From contig DATKDX010000047.1 in NCBI GenBank assembly GCA_035512435.1, forward strand, positions 4,674 to 68,673: a DNA stretch of 64,000 nt. The letters are read 5' to 3'. Below are positions 8,713-19,455 of the stretch, one piece after another. The stretch's first letter is position 1, and each line of letters begins with the position of its first letter. Source of the stretch: Dehalococcoidia bacterium. Its GTDB lineage: Bacteria > Chloroflexota > Dehalococcoidia > SM23-28-2 > RBG-16-64-32. A program made the translations under genes and the position numbers. The notes beneath the pieces were generated by a model. It made no database searches and had not been told where the DNA came from. It worked only from the letters and a program-made list of their open reading frames with translations.

Positions 8713-9476
8713 TCCGCGGCTTCGTCAGCACGCTAGTAGTCGCCGTGGCGGCACTCCTCGCGGCTCTCATGGCCTCCAGCCCCGTCATGGCCGACGTCGG
8801 TGAGGTAGGCATAGACGCCGACCCCTCCGGTAATGAGGCAGGAAGCCTGGGCGACGTACAGAACTGCATCGGCGTAAGCGTGGGCGATTCGTTTGATATC
8901 GACGTGTACGTCAAAGACATCGACGACTTGATCGCCTTTCGCGCCTTCGTGCAATACGACCCCGCCGTGCTCGAGGTGAGCGACCGCGACACAGAGTTCT
9001 TCCTGACGACGGCCGACGAAACCGGCGTGCTGGACCAGTCTGACACGGTGCCTGACAGCGATGGGCAGTACGAGCTGCAGGCCGTCAACGCCAGCGATTC
9101 GTCGGCCGGCGCCTCCGGTGACGGCGTGCTGGGACGCGTGACGTTCACTGCCGTTGGCACAGGCTTCAGCACGATTGACCTGACCCCGGTGGACCTGAAC
9201 ACCGACGGAGTGATCGATAGGGGCATCTATTTCGCCGACTTTGAAGGCGACAACCCCGGCGACGAAGACGGCGATACGTATTACGACGGCACCTTGCGCG
9301 GGGCCGTTGTCGCGGCCGGCGAGAGCTGCGACGATGCGCCGGACGCACCGGGAAGCCAGGAAGACGATAACGGCATCAGCCTCTGGATCATCATCGCAGC
9401 GGTGGTTGCCGGCATCGTCGTTGTAGCAGGAGCCGGTGCGTTCCTTGTGCAGAGGCGGAAGGCTCCGGCAAGTTAA
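8709..9476 (+). CDS. Secreted cohesin-like domain protein with C-terminal TM anchor plus RRK tail
   Basis: Signal peptide MIRGFVSTLVVAVAALLAALMASSPVMA. Cohesin-like core (SFDIDVYVKDIDDLIAFRAFVQYDPAVLEV ... DGQYELQAVNASDSSAGASGDGVLGRVTFTAVGTGFSTIDLT). C-terminal SLWIIIAAVVAGIVVVAGAGAFLVQRRKAPAS. Translationally coupled to the upstream paralog. Confidence 0.65.
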   Translation: MIRGFVSTLVVAVAALLAALMASSPVMADVGEVGIDADPSGNEAGSLGDVQNCIGVSVGDSFDIDVYVKDIDDLIAFRAFVQYDPAVLEVSDRDTEFFLTTADETGVLDQSDTVPDSDGQYELQAVNASDSSAGASGDGVLGRVTFTAVGTGFSTIDLTPVDLNTDGVIDRGIYFADFEGDNPGDEDGDTYYDGTLRGAVVAAGESCDDAPDAPGSQEDDNGISLWIIIAAVVAGIVVVAGAGAFLVQRRKAPAS

Positions 9477-9682
9477 AGTGACTCATCGGTCACTAATTTC
9501 CCGACTGCTGCGAGAACATTCTCGTGATACCTACCTAATCTGCGTGAAGTATGAGAGTTTGCTACAGTTTTGCTACTGCGATTTTCGGAAACATTGCCTT
9601 GACACCCTATTAACCCGCCAGTATCATCGCGCATGAGCTATAGGTAGCCCCTATTCAAATGTAGAACGAGGAGAGAGCACCC

Positions 9683-11323
<1,641 letters not shown>

Positions 11324-11344
11324 CCGAAAGGTATGTACCAGAAA

Positions 11345-11379
11345 GGGCGGCTGCCTTTCGGCAGCCGCCCTTTTCGTTT
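11345..11379 (+). terminator. Rho-independent terminator
   Basis: gggcggctgcc-tttc-ggcagccgccc followed by ttttcgttt. Confidence 0.7.
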
Positions 11380-11608
11380 GCCCCTTGCGTGACGCTTGCG
11401 CGCCGGGCTAACGGGAGTATCATTTTCGGCAACCCCCTAACCGAATAGGATCAGAGCCCACCTAGGAGGTCAGAGTGACTGCCAGCCGTACGTTAGTCCG
11501 GCCCCTCATTGGGCTCCTTCTCTTAAACGGCCCTCATCGCGTCTCCCGCCTTCTTCGCCTTCCGAGCGGAAGGCGCCAGCGACTCCAACTTCGGCGCCGT
11601 CGTCGCCT

Positions 11609-13045
11609 TCACCCCCGGGCGCGGCTGGGAGCCGCCTCGCGCGGCAAGACGAGCGTGAAGGTGGAGCCGGAGCCGGGCTCGCTCTCGACCATGATGCGGC
11701 CGCCGTGGGCGCGGGCTATCCAGTCGCTGATGGAGAGGCCCAGGCCGGCACCCGTGGTGCGCCTCTGGCCGTTCTCCGCGCGGTACATGCGCTCAAAGAT
11801 GTGTGGCAGTTGCACGGCGCTGATGCCATGCCCCTGGTCCGCCACCGCCACGCGCGCCTCACGCTCATCGCCGCTGACATAGACCGTCACGGTCGTGCCG
11901 GCGGGCGAATACTTGAGGGCATTGTCCAGCAGGTTGAGGACGACCTGCTTCAGCAGGTCGTAGTCGCCCGTGACGGTGACCTGGTCTTCCTCGGCGATCT
12001 TGAGGCTGACCTCGGGGCGCAGGGCGCGGGCCTGGCGGCATGCCTCCAGCACCAGCACGTCCAGTTCGACCGGCGCCTTCGCCACTTCGCGGCCGGCGTC
12101 GGCGTGGGCGCTGTAGAGCAGGTTCGACGTCAGGCGGATCATGCGCTGCACCTCGCGTGACATGCGCTGCAGTTGGTCGCGCGACTCGGCGTCCAGGTTC
12201 TCGTCGAGGAGCAGGACGTCGATGTTGCCGCGCAGCGCGGCCAGAGGCGTCCGCAACTCGTGGGACATGTCCATCATGAAGTCACGCTGCGCGCCGAACG
12301 CCTTCTCAAGCCGGTCAAGCATGGCGTCGAATGTATCGGAGAGCCGCTGCACTTCTGCCGGTGCGTCCTCGGCGTGGATACGCCTGCCAAGGTCCTCCGC
12401 CTCGATCTCCCGCGCCACGCGGATGACGCGCTCAAGTGGCTGCAAAGCGCTGCGGGCAATGACATACCCCGCCAACAGCGACAGGACCAGAGCGATCGCG
12501 CCAACCACGACGAGAGCAGTCTGGAAGTCGCTGACGGTGTCGTTAATATACTGCGCATCACCCACGATCTGGACTGCGCCCCAGACTACGCCGTTCGAGC
12601 CGACGAGCCGCTCCGCATAGACGCGCTGGTCTCCGCCGTCCTCGCTCGCCAGCGTCGTATTTACCGGTTCGCCCGTCAGCACCTGCGCAAGTTCGGACTC
12701 CGTGAGAGGATACGGAGTCGGGTCGCGCGGCGTACCCTGCGCGTCTCCCACCGTCACGGCCACCACATCGCCGTTAGCCTCGCGGATGATCACCAGTGCT
12801 GATCCGCTGGACTGACCGCCGTACAGGTCAGCGATTCGCTGGAAAGAAGAAGCGCTGGCGTCACCACCTTCCAGCACCAGCGCCTGCGCGGCGATCGCCG
12901 CCCCGTCCTCCGCAAGTGATGCGTCGAGGTCGTCGCGCAGCGTGTCGTCGATGACGATGCGGGCGACGACGAGAATGGCGAAGAGGGTCATCACCATCGC
13001 GGCGGCGATGATGATGGCGAGCCGCCAGCGGATGCTGAGTTGCAT
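11609..13045 (-). CDS. Sensor histidine kinase (two TM segments, HAMP, HisKA, HATPase_c)
   Basis: H-box MSHELRTPLAALRGN, N-box LLDNALKYSP, G-boxes DQGHGI and GAGLGLSISDWIARAHGGRIMVESEPGSGSTFTLVLP. N-terminal TM MQLSIRWRLAIIIAAAMVMTLFAILVV. Immediately downstream of the response regulator on the same strand. Confidence 0.9.
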   Translation of the reverse strand: MQLSIRWRLAIIIAAAMVMTLFAILVVARIVIDDTLRDDLDASLAEDGAAIAAQALVLEGGDASASSFQRIADLYGGQSSGSALVIIREANGDVVAVTVGDAQGTPRDPTPYPLTESELAQVLTGEPVNTTLASEDGGDQRVYAERLVGSNGVVWGAVQIVGDAQYINDTVSDFQTALVVVGAIALVLSLLAGYVIARSALQPLERVIRVAREIEAEDLGRRIHAEDAPAEVQRLSDTFDAMLDRLEKAFGAQRDFMMDMSHELRTPLAALRGNIDVLLLDENLDAESRDQLQRMSREVQRMIRLTSNLLYSAHADAGREVAKAPVELDVLVLEACRQARALRPEVSLKIAEEDQVTVTGDYDLLKQVVLNLLDNALKYSPAGTTVTVYVSGDEREARVAVADQGHGISAVQLPHIFERMYRAENGQRRTTGAGLGLSISDWIARAHGGRIMVESEPGSGSTFTLVLPREAAPSRARG

Positions 13046-13047
13046 GG

Positions 13048-13713
13048 CTAGGCCTTGAGCATGTAACCCACGCTGCGCACGGCGTGGATCAGGTCAGTTT
13101 CTCCCGGCGCGTTCAACTTGCGCCGCAGGTAACGCACGTACACCTTGATAGCGTCCGATTCAGCCTCGAAGTCGTATCCCCAGACCTTTTCGAAGATAGC
13201 GGCCTTCTCCATGACTCTGCCGGCGTTACGGGCCAAGAACTCCAGTAGCTCGTATTCGCGGTTGGTCAGCTCAATCTGGCGGCCGGCGCGCTCCACCTCG
13301 CGGCTGGCGGGGCGGATCGTCAGGTCGCCGACCTTGATCTGCTCCTCGCGCGGGGCTTTGCGGCGCAGCGCGGCGCGGATGCGGGCCAGCAGCTCATCGA
13401 AGGCGAATGGCTTCGTGATGTAGTCATCGGCGCCGGCTTCCAGCCCCTCTACTTTCTTGTTCACGGAGTCGAGCGCAGTGAGCATGATCACCGGCGCGTC
13501 ACCGGCGGCGCGGATGCGCTGGCAAACCTGGATGCCGTCGATGTCCGGTAGCATCAGGTCCAACACCACCAGGTCCGGCTCCTCTTCGCGGAAGTGGTCC
13601 AGGCCCTCTTCGCCGCCGTAAGCGACGTCGACGTCATAGCCCTTCAGCTTGAGGCCGCGGGAGATGAAGTTGGCGATGTCTTCTTCGTCTTCGATTACGA
13701 GGATTCTTGTCAT
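13048..13713 (-). CDS. OmpR-family response regulator (receiver + winged-helix DNA-binding domain)
   Basis: MTRILVIEDEEDI...LVVLDLMLPDIDG receiver motifs. C-terminal LTNREYELLEFLARNAGRVMEKAAIFEKVWGYDFEAESDAIKVYVRYLRRKL is OmpR/PhoB-type. Confidence 0.9.
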   Translation of the reverse strand: MTRILVIEDEEDIANFISRGLKLKGYDVDVAYGGEEGLDHFREEEPDLVVLDLMLPDIDGIQVCQRIRAAGDAPVIMLTALDSVNKKVEGLEAGADDYITKPFAFDELLARIRAALRRKAPREEQIKVGDLTIRPASREVERAGRQIELTNREYELLEFLARNAGRVMEKAAIFEKVWGYDFEAESDAIKVYVRYLRRKLNAPGETDLIHAVRSVGYMLKA

Positions 13714-13767
13714 GAGAGAAAGTTAGCGGGAGCTATGTACAGATTCTAACAGGAGACGAACGGAGGC

Positions 13768-14583
13768 TCAGCCCGTCGCCCCCGCTTCCGCGCGGTCGGC
13801 CATTACCTGTGCCCAGAACAGCACCTGGCCCTCCCCTGAGTTACGCGGCGCGTTCGCCAGGTACTGAGCATCGGCACGCAGGAAGGCGCGCACGTTGCCC
13901 ACGCGGAAGACCACCTGGTCCACGATCTGCAGGTTCTGCCCGTCCGAAGTGACGCCGGAGACCCGCACCCAGTACACCTCTTCTCCCACGTTATCAGGCG
14001 TGATCTCGGTTACCTCGACTTCCGTCAGCTCAGGGAAGGAGCCTGCCCAGTCAGCTTCCTCCGCCAGGTCGACGTCGTGGCTGTAGGAGAGCGAGCAGCC
14101 CTGCGCGTCCTCGTAGAGGCTGGCGTCCGACTGCACGCCGAGGAACGTCCGTTGCCCCGTGGCCTGCGAGTCCGGCAGGAAAGCGACGCTCAACCCCAGC
14201 TGGCGCCCCCACGCCTCGAACTGCGCGAGCGTCTCCGCCGGGTCGCGGGTGCCCTGCGCCGACTCCTCGTTCGTGCTGAACGAGCGGCTCGCCTCGATTA
14301 AGCTGAGGCCAGACGTGTCATCCTCGGTCAGCACCATCGAGCCGAGCAGCGCCTGTTGCTCCTCACGGCCCCCGCCTCCTCCGTCGTCATCATCATCGCC
14401 GGATGCAAAGGCAAGGTAGGAGATCACAGCAACGACGGCGATAACGGCGATAAGGCCCGCAAGAAGCTGCGGGAGCCTGCCAGATTTACTTAGATTCAGT
14501 GGTCGTTCTCCAGAATTTGGCGTGACTGGTATGTAATCGTCTTGACACTTAGATGGAAATACTAATATAAGGGGAGCAACCAA
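13768..14583 (-). CDS. Hypothetical membrane-anchored protein (single N-terminal TM, poly-Asp/poly-Gly stretch, extracytoplasmic domain)
   Basis: Long ORF transcribed toward the two-component genes. TM LLAGLIAVIAVVAVISYLAF followed by DDDDDGGGGG. No recognisable catalytic motifs. Start codon uncertain. Confidence 0.5.
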   Translation of the reverse strand: MVAPLILVFPSKCQDDYIPVTPNSGERPLNLSKSGRLPQLLAGLIAVIAVVAVISYLAFASGDDDDDGGGGGREEQQALLGSMVLTEDDTSGLSLIEASRSFSTNEESAQGTRDPAETLAQFEAWGRQLGLSVAFLPDSQATGQRTFLGVQSDASLYEDAQGCSLSYSHDVDLAEEADWAGSFPELTEVEVTEITPDNVGEEVYWVRVSGVTSDGQNLQIVDQVVFRVGNVRAFLRADAQYLANAPRNSGEGQVLFWAQVMADRAEAGATG

Positions 14584-14666
14584 AAAGAGCCACCGGCCGT
14601 CGATTTGCCCGGTGGTGGAGCACGCCTCGAATGGCCTCTGCGCAGACGCTTTGAAGGAGACAACAA

Positions 14667-16133
14667 TTGACTCTCACCCGTAACCCGCTACGCGCCCTGG
14701 TGGCTGCCACCCTTGCGCTGATCGCCGTCGTGGTCATCTCGTCGCCCAGCGACACTTACGCCGGCACCTTCGACCCACAACTCACCGTCTGCCTTGACGA
14801 CCTGTCAACCGTGGACCCCAACCCAGGCACGGACGGTGACCCAGAAGAGTGCGACGGCGACAACAGCCCCGAGGTTGCATCCAGTTTCGTGTCCAGCTTC
14901 GGGATCGGCGATGAGGATGTGAACTTCGCGGCCGTGGTCTCCTACATCCCGCCTGACTGGGGAATCGTCGGGGGCAACGACATTCCGATCGGAGCGGACG
15001 TCGGATACCTCGACGCCGCCGCCACCCTGGGTCTTATCGGCTCCGCCTGTAACCAGGTGCTTCCTGTCCACTTTGACTTCAAGAACTCCAGCATTGATCT
15101 CAGCGATACAGTCATCTTCACCGATGACGAAGAGGATGATGACGCCACGGCCGAGTTCGCCGAGACTGACGAGGCGACCGGTGAGTACATGTCTGTTGTC
15201 AAATACCCGGAGTTTCTCCTGCGCGTGCTTGACGACGAGGATGGCAATCCTCTACAGCCCCTGCGCCGCTCCTCCGGCGTCGCCATCGTCGCAGGCATCC
15301 CGGTCCTCCTGCAGTTCCTGATCTTCCCGCCGGGGACGGTCATCAATGAGGATCTGCCGTCGGAGCCTGAGAAGGGCTGGCCGTCAGTGACTGTGCTGCA
15401 GAACGCCGGCGACCCGGACATAGTCCCGCAGCCCGGCCCAATCACAGACTTCTGCTCGCCCCTCTCCACTACAAATGTCACGCTGGGCGAGACACCGGAA
15501 GGCGACCCACTCTTCATCACCCCAAAGGCCGGCACGCACACGTTCACTACGGTCTCCTTCGGCCAGCGGGACGCCGACAATGACGGCTACGAAAACAGCC
15601 TTGACACTTGCCCCTTCGACGTGAATGCGGGCAACCCCAAGGTTACGCTGGAGGGCGACCTGGACGGCGATGGACTGGACGCCGCCTGCGACCCGAACGA
15701 CGACCCGGCGACGGGTGGCACGAACTCCGACGAGGACGGCGACGGTTACCTCAACCGCCAGGACAACTGCCCGCTGGTGGCGAACGGCCAACAGGACGAG
15801 AGCAACCAGGCCGACGCAGACCTGGACCAGATCGGCGACGCCTGTGACCCCGAGCCGGACGTTGCCGACGGCGATCTCTCCTACTCCGAACTCACGGTCG
15901 ACATTGAGATCGGCGACGCGGCCGGCCCCGGCGGCGCGCCCGACTGCGTGACGGCCGTAGGTGTAGCCTGCCTGCAGGCCGGCGAGACGCAAGACAATGG
16001 CAACGGAAACGGTGACGATGGCGGCTCCGACACGGGCCTGATCATCGGCATCGTGGTCGGCGTCATCGCCGCCGTGGTTATCCTCGGTGGTGGCGCGGCG
16101 CTGCTCATGCGCCGCCGCAACGGCGCCGCTTAA
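14667..16133 (+). CDS. Secreted TSP3-repeat surface protein with C-terminal TM anchor (RRR tail); paralog of 9683..11323
   Basis: Same architecture: CLDDLSTVDPNP...ECDGDNSP N-domain. SVTVLQNAGDPDIVPQPGPITDFCSPLSTT block shared with 9683 (VTVLQNGGDPNIAPAPSAITDFCSPLATS). TSP3-like DADNDGYENSLDTCPFD, DEDGDGYLNRQDNCPLVAN, DLDQIGDACDP. Acidic insert (DDEEDDDATAEF). C-terminal GLIIGIVVGVIAAVVILGGGAALLMRRRNGAA. Terminator follows. Confidence 0.75.
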   Translation: MTLTRNPLRALVAATLALIAVVVISSPSDTYAGTFDPQLTVCLDDLSTVDPNPGTDGDPEECDGDNSPEVASSFVSSFGIGDEDVNFAAVVSYIPPDWGIVGGNDIPIGADVGYLDAAATLGLIGSACNQVLPVHFDFKNSSIDLSDTVIFTDDEEDDDATAEFAETDEATGEYMSVVKYPEFLLRVLDDEDGNPLQPLRRSSGVAIVAGIPVLLQFLIFPPGTVINEDLPSEPEKGWPSVTVLQNAGDPDIVPQPGPITDFCSPLSTTNVTLGETPEGDPLFITPKAGTHTFTTVSFGQRDADNDGYENSLDTCPFDVNAGNPKVTLEGDLDGDGLDAACDPNDDPATGGTNSDEDGDGYLNRQDNCPLVANGQQDESNQADADLDQIGDACDPEPDVADGDLSYSELTVDIEIGDAAGPGGAPDCVTAVGVACLQAGETQDNGNGNGDDGGSDTGLIIGIVVGVIAAVVILGGGAALLMRRRNGAA

Positions 16134-16154
16134 CCCAAACCGAATCGCAACAAA

Positions 16155-16190
16155 GAGCGGGGCGCTCCAGTTGGAGCGCCCCGCTTCTTT
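16155..16190 (+). terminator. Rho-independent terminator
   Basis: gagcggggcgctcc-agtt-ggagcgccccgcttc followed by tttcgcg. Confidence 0.65.
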
Positions 16191-16377
16191 CGCGCCTACA
16201 GTCTCCTGTGCGCCTGTCGCCTGGTCAGGATGACGGGAAAGAAGGCCTCACCGTAGTTGATGGATCGGCAGCACCTGGCCAGTAGGTAAGAGGATTCACA
16301 CCCCCTTCCCGCGCTTGGGGCGTCCGCATAACAGGCGGGCGCCCCTTTCCGTTGCCTGCGGCAGGCGCCTCCGCGGA

Positions 16378-18045
16378 CTAGTCAGGCAGACCTTGCGTCG
16401 GTGGCGGCACCGCGCTCAGGTCAAATGGTGCCGGCATAAGTAGCTCTGCGTTGCGGTCGCTCACCGCCAGGCCGATACCAGCCGGGTCCGCGTGAGGATC
16501 CGCGTATGCGACCTGACGCGCCACGCCGGCAAAGACCCGCTGATTCAGACGGTCGTCAGGTGTCGGGTCGTTGGCGTCGCCGGGGTTCAGCGTCACCGCC
16601 GCGTTGTACATCGTCGTGAAGATAGATAGGGTGCCGTCGCGGTTATCGACCACCTCCATGAGCCTGCCCTGCAAGGGGTAATCAAGCGCCGATCCCGTCG
16701 TTACCTCCCAGTAGCCCCCGCTTCCCGAAGGATTAGGCTTCGCCGAGACGCTGTTGCGCCCGGTATGGCCCGCCACGTGAAGCACCACATTCGGGAAGCG
16801 ATGAAGCAAAGTCTCCACCTGCGCTCCAAGCACTCGTTCCGTCCCGTCCACCGAGGGGAACGGATTCGTCATCACGCCTGTTGGGTGGTGGCTCACCACT
16901 ACCACAAGCTGGTCCCGGTTCTGCGTCGTTACCGCCTGGCCCGCGCCGTCTATATAGCTGCTGCTTCGCGCCGCCAGCTCGCCTTCCAGCCAGTCGTACT
17001 GCGGCCGGTCGATGCTCCCCGAAGGAAAGCCCGTCGGCACGGCCGAGTTCAGAACGATGAATGCGATGTTGCCGCGCTCGAACGTGTAATAAGCCTCACC
17101 ATCCTCGACGCCACTCTCGGTGAATCCGTGACCCAGGGGGCCCCGGGAGGTTTCAGAGGCGAAGTGCTCCCCTATCCAATCACGCAGTGATAGCAGACGC
17201 CGGTTGCCGTCCGATCCCACGCCCCGGACCACCGTTTGCGGGTCGCTCGTCACCTCCGACGTCACGCCCGGCGGCAAAGCGTTCTGCAGCGCGCACGCCT
17301 GTTCCTGCGCCGCGGGGCCCACCGAGATCACCTTCGCCGCACCTGTCGCAATCCGGTTCGCGTCATCGCTGATCGGATACCGCCCCTGTGTCGCCACGTC
17401 GTGGTTCCCCGCCACCGCATACCACGGGTAGCTGATCCCTTCGGGAATGAACGCCTGCTGCGCGTCGTTGAGAAGGCTCTTGTAGGCCTGCGCCGGCGAA
17501 CCAGTCTGCACGCCCTGATAACCTACTGCCCCGCTCTCCGGCGACACCGGCACTCCGTCCATCAGGTCGATAAACCAGCGCAGTTCGTTGAATTGCGCGT
17601 TGTCCGTCGCGTTTCCCGTGTGGATAGCGAAGTCGACATCCCTCCCCGTCACCGGGCTGCGGTCGATAGAATTCGCCTGGCCGATCAACGAGTCAGCCAC
17701 GTGCAGACTCAGCGACTCCTGCGGCCGGAACGCCCCCGTCGAAACCGTCGATGGGCACGCGTCGAGCCACTCGCTCCGCAGCGGCGATTCCTCGTCCACG
17801 ATGTGGAAGTCCGTCAACTGGTGAAACACCACCAGCGATCGCCGGCCGCGGTCGCGCCCCGCCTGTGCCTGCGCCAGTTCCGTCCGCACGGTATATTCCT
17901 CGCCCGGCCCGAGCACCAGGTTCCCTTCAAGGTCAACGGCTACTGTCTCCTCCAGCGTCGTTCCCAACGGCGGCTCCTCATCAGAACCACACGCCAGGAA
18001 AAGCGCCAACAAGGCCACCAGGAGGCCAGCCTTCAGCTTACCCAT
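16378..18045 (-). CDS. Calcineurin-like metallophosphoesterase, predicted lipoprotein
   Basis: Lipobox signal MGKLKAGLLVALLALFLAC|G. Metallophosphoesterase motifs DFHIVDE, HTGNATDN, AVAGNHDV, VVVSHHP, VAGHTGRN. Confidence 0.7.
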   Translation of the reverse strand: MGKLKAGLLVALLALFLACGSDEEPPLGTTLEETVAVDLEGNLVLGPGEEYTVRTELAQAQAGRDRGRRSLVVFHQLTDFHIVDEESPLRSEWLDACPSTVSTGAFRPQESLSLHVADSLIGQANSIDRSPVTGRDVDFAIHTGNATDNAQFNELRWFIDLMDGVPVSPESGAVGYQGVQTGSPAQAYKSLLNDAQQAFIPEGISYPWYAVAGNHDVATQGRYPISDDANRIATGAAKVISVGPAAQEQACALQNALPPGVTSEVTSDPQTVVRGVGSDGNRRLLSLRDWIGEHFASETSRGPLGHGFTESGVEDGEAYYTFERGNIAFIVLNSAVPTGFPSGSIDRPQYDWLEGELAARSSSYIDGAGQAVTTQNRDQLVVVVSHHPTGVMTNPFPSVDGTERVLGAQVETLLHRFPNVVLHVAGHTGRNSVSAKPNPSGSGGYWEVTTGSALDYPLQGRLMEVVDNRDGTLSIFTTMYNAAVTLNPGDANDPTPDDRLNQRVFAGVARQVAYADPHADPAGIGLAVSDRNAELLMPAPFDLSAVPPPTQGLPD

Positions 18046-18060
18046 TCATTAGTCACCTTT

Positions 18061-18100
18061 GTCCCATGCTTCATGTCCCATGCTTCATGTCCCATGCCAT
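18061..18100. repeat. Tandem 14-bp repeat (gtcccatgcttcat x ~2.7) in the 5' region of the metallophosphoesterase gene
   Basis: Perfect copies at 18061-18074 and 18075-18088, partial third copy; 16-55 bp upstream of the minus-strand start at 18045. Confidence 0.7.
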
Positions 18101-18198
18101 GTTCCTTGTTCCCGGTTCCATATTCCACCCCGCCTCACCTTGACATGCCCCCTGCGCACTCCATAGCCTTTCCCCCAGCCAAACAGGAGATTTACGTT

Positions 18199-18723
18199 AT
18201 GTCATCAGTCACCCAGTTCATCCGCGATAGCCTGCGCCAGCTTCATGCCTCCTACGACGAAGGCCTCGCCGATCTCACGTCAGATCAGCTCCACTGGCGC
18301 GCCAACGATTCCGGACAGCCTATCGCCTTCATCGTCTGGCACTACGTCCGAACGGAGGACAATATCATCCAGTTCGTGCTCCAGCAAAAGCCGACAGTCT
18401 GGATCGACGGCGGCTGGTACGAGAAGTTCGGCCTCCACCGCACAGCCCAGGGCACCGGGATGTCACTGGAAGACGCCCAGGGCCTCCGCATCGAATCGCT
18501 GGAGGACTGGGGCGCCTACCAGTCCGCCGTCTGGAAAGCCACCGATGAATTTCTCGCCAACGCCGACGACGCCATTCTCGACAGGCGCACAACCGTCAAG
18601 CCGCTGGGCGAGATGCCCGTGCGCAACGCCATCGGCATGATGTGCCTCACCCATGGATTCACCCACCTCGGCGAGGTTCAGCACCTCCGCGGCCTCATGG
18701 GTCTCAGGGGCATGGGCTGGTAG
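18199..18723 (+). CDS. DinB/YfiT-like (DinB_2 superfamily) metal-dependent four-helix-bundle protein
   Basis: RBS aggaga 9 nt upstream of the ATG at 18199. His-containing motifs (LHWRANDS, IVWHYVRTEDN, CLTHGFTHLGEVQHL) typical of the DinB fold. The ORF-track call 17236..18723 is an artefactual 5' extension antisense to the phosphoesterase gene. Confidence 0.5.
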   Translation: MSSVTQFIRDSLRQLHASYDEGLADLTSDQLHWRANDSGQPIAFIVWHYVRTEDNIIQFVLQQKPTVWIDGGWYEKFGLHRTAQGTGMSLEDAQGLRIESLEDWGAYQSAVWKATDEFLANADDAILDRRTTVKPLGEMPVRNAIGMMCLTHGFTHLGEVQHLRGLMGLRGMGW

Positions 18724-18894
18724 TACCGCACCCGCATCCGTAGATGCAAGGCCTCTGAGTGGACTGAGCATCGTACCTGGACACGACTGACGCCCGCCAT
18801 CATTCTGTAATCCCCTGCTACTTTCCGTATCTCGCTTCGCAACCGCGTATGCCCTTAACCTCGTCGCGACAGGAAGTGAATGAGGAGGAAGGCA

Positions 18895-19455
18895 ATGGAA
18901 GAGGTAATCATCGCAATCATCGCCCTCGTCGCCGTAGCTGCGATCGCGGTAGCCGCCTGGCTCTGGATGGATCGACGGAAGGGCGCACAGCTTCGCGATC
19001 GGTTCGGCGAGGAAGAATACCGGCGTGTCCGGACACGCGAAGGCGGGCGCCGCCAGGCCGACGCTGAACTCGAACGCCGCCAGAAGCGCGTCGAGAACTA
19101 CGACATCCGGCCACTCACCCACAGCCAGTACGACCACTACTCGGACCGCTGGCGCACCGTCCAGTCTGCTTTCGTCGACTCGCCCACGAGTTCGGTGCAC
19201 GAGGCGGATGACCTGGTCGCTGAAGTCATGAACGCCCGCGGCTATCCCATGGAAGACTTCGACGAGCGCGCCGCCGACCTCTCGGTCGACCACGCCAGCG
19301 TCGTCCAGAATTATTGCCGCGCCCACGCCATCGCCGTTTCTGACCGCCGCGGTGAGGCCAGCACCGAAGATCTCCGACAGGCCTTCGTACACTACCGCGC
19401 TCTCTTCGACAAGCTACTCGTCTCTACCGAACAGCACCAGGAGGTATCCCGATGA
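18895..19455 (+). CDS. Hypothetical membrane-anchored protein (N-terminal TM + conserved C-domain); paralog of the next gene
   Basis: AGGAGG 6 nt upstream of the ATG at 18895 (the in-frame ATG at 18880 precedes the SD). TM EEVIIAIIALVAVAAIAVAAWLW. C-domain YDHYSDRWRTVQSAFVDSP...TEDLRQAFVHYRALFDKLL aligns with 19452..19865. Confidence 0.6.
   Translation: MEEVIIAIIALVAVAAIAVAAWLWMDRRKGAQLRDRFGEEEYRRVRTREGGRRQADAELERRQKRVENYDIRPLTHSQYDHYSDRWRTVQSAFVDSPTSSVHEADDLVAEVMNARGYPMEDFDERAADLSVDHASVVQNYCRAHAIAVSDRRGEASTEDLRQAFVHYRALFDKLLVSTEQHQEVSR

Noticed and set aside
17236-18723. 495-aa + strand ORF in the ORF track
   Set aside because: Its first ~320 codons are antisense to the metallophosphoesterase gene and translate to Arg/Pro-rich nonsense. 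Only the last 174 codons (from the ATG at 18199, with RBS) form a plausible DinB-like protein.
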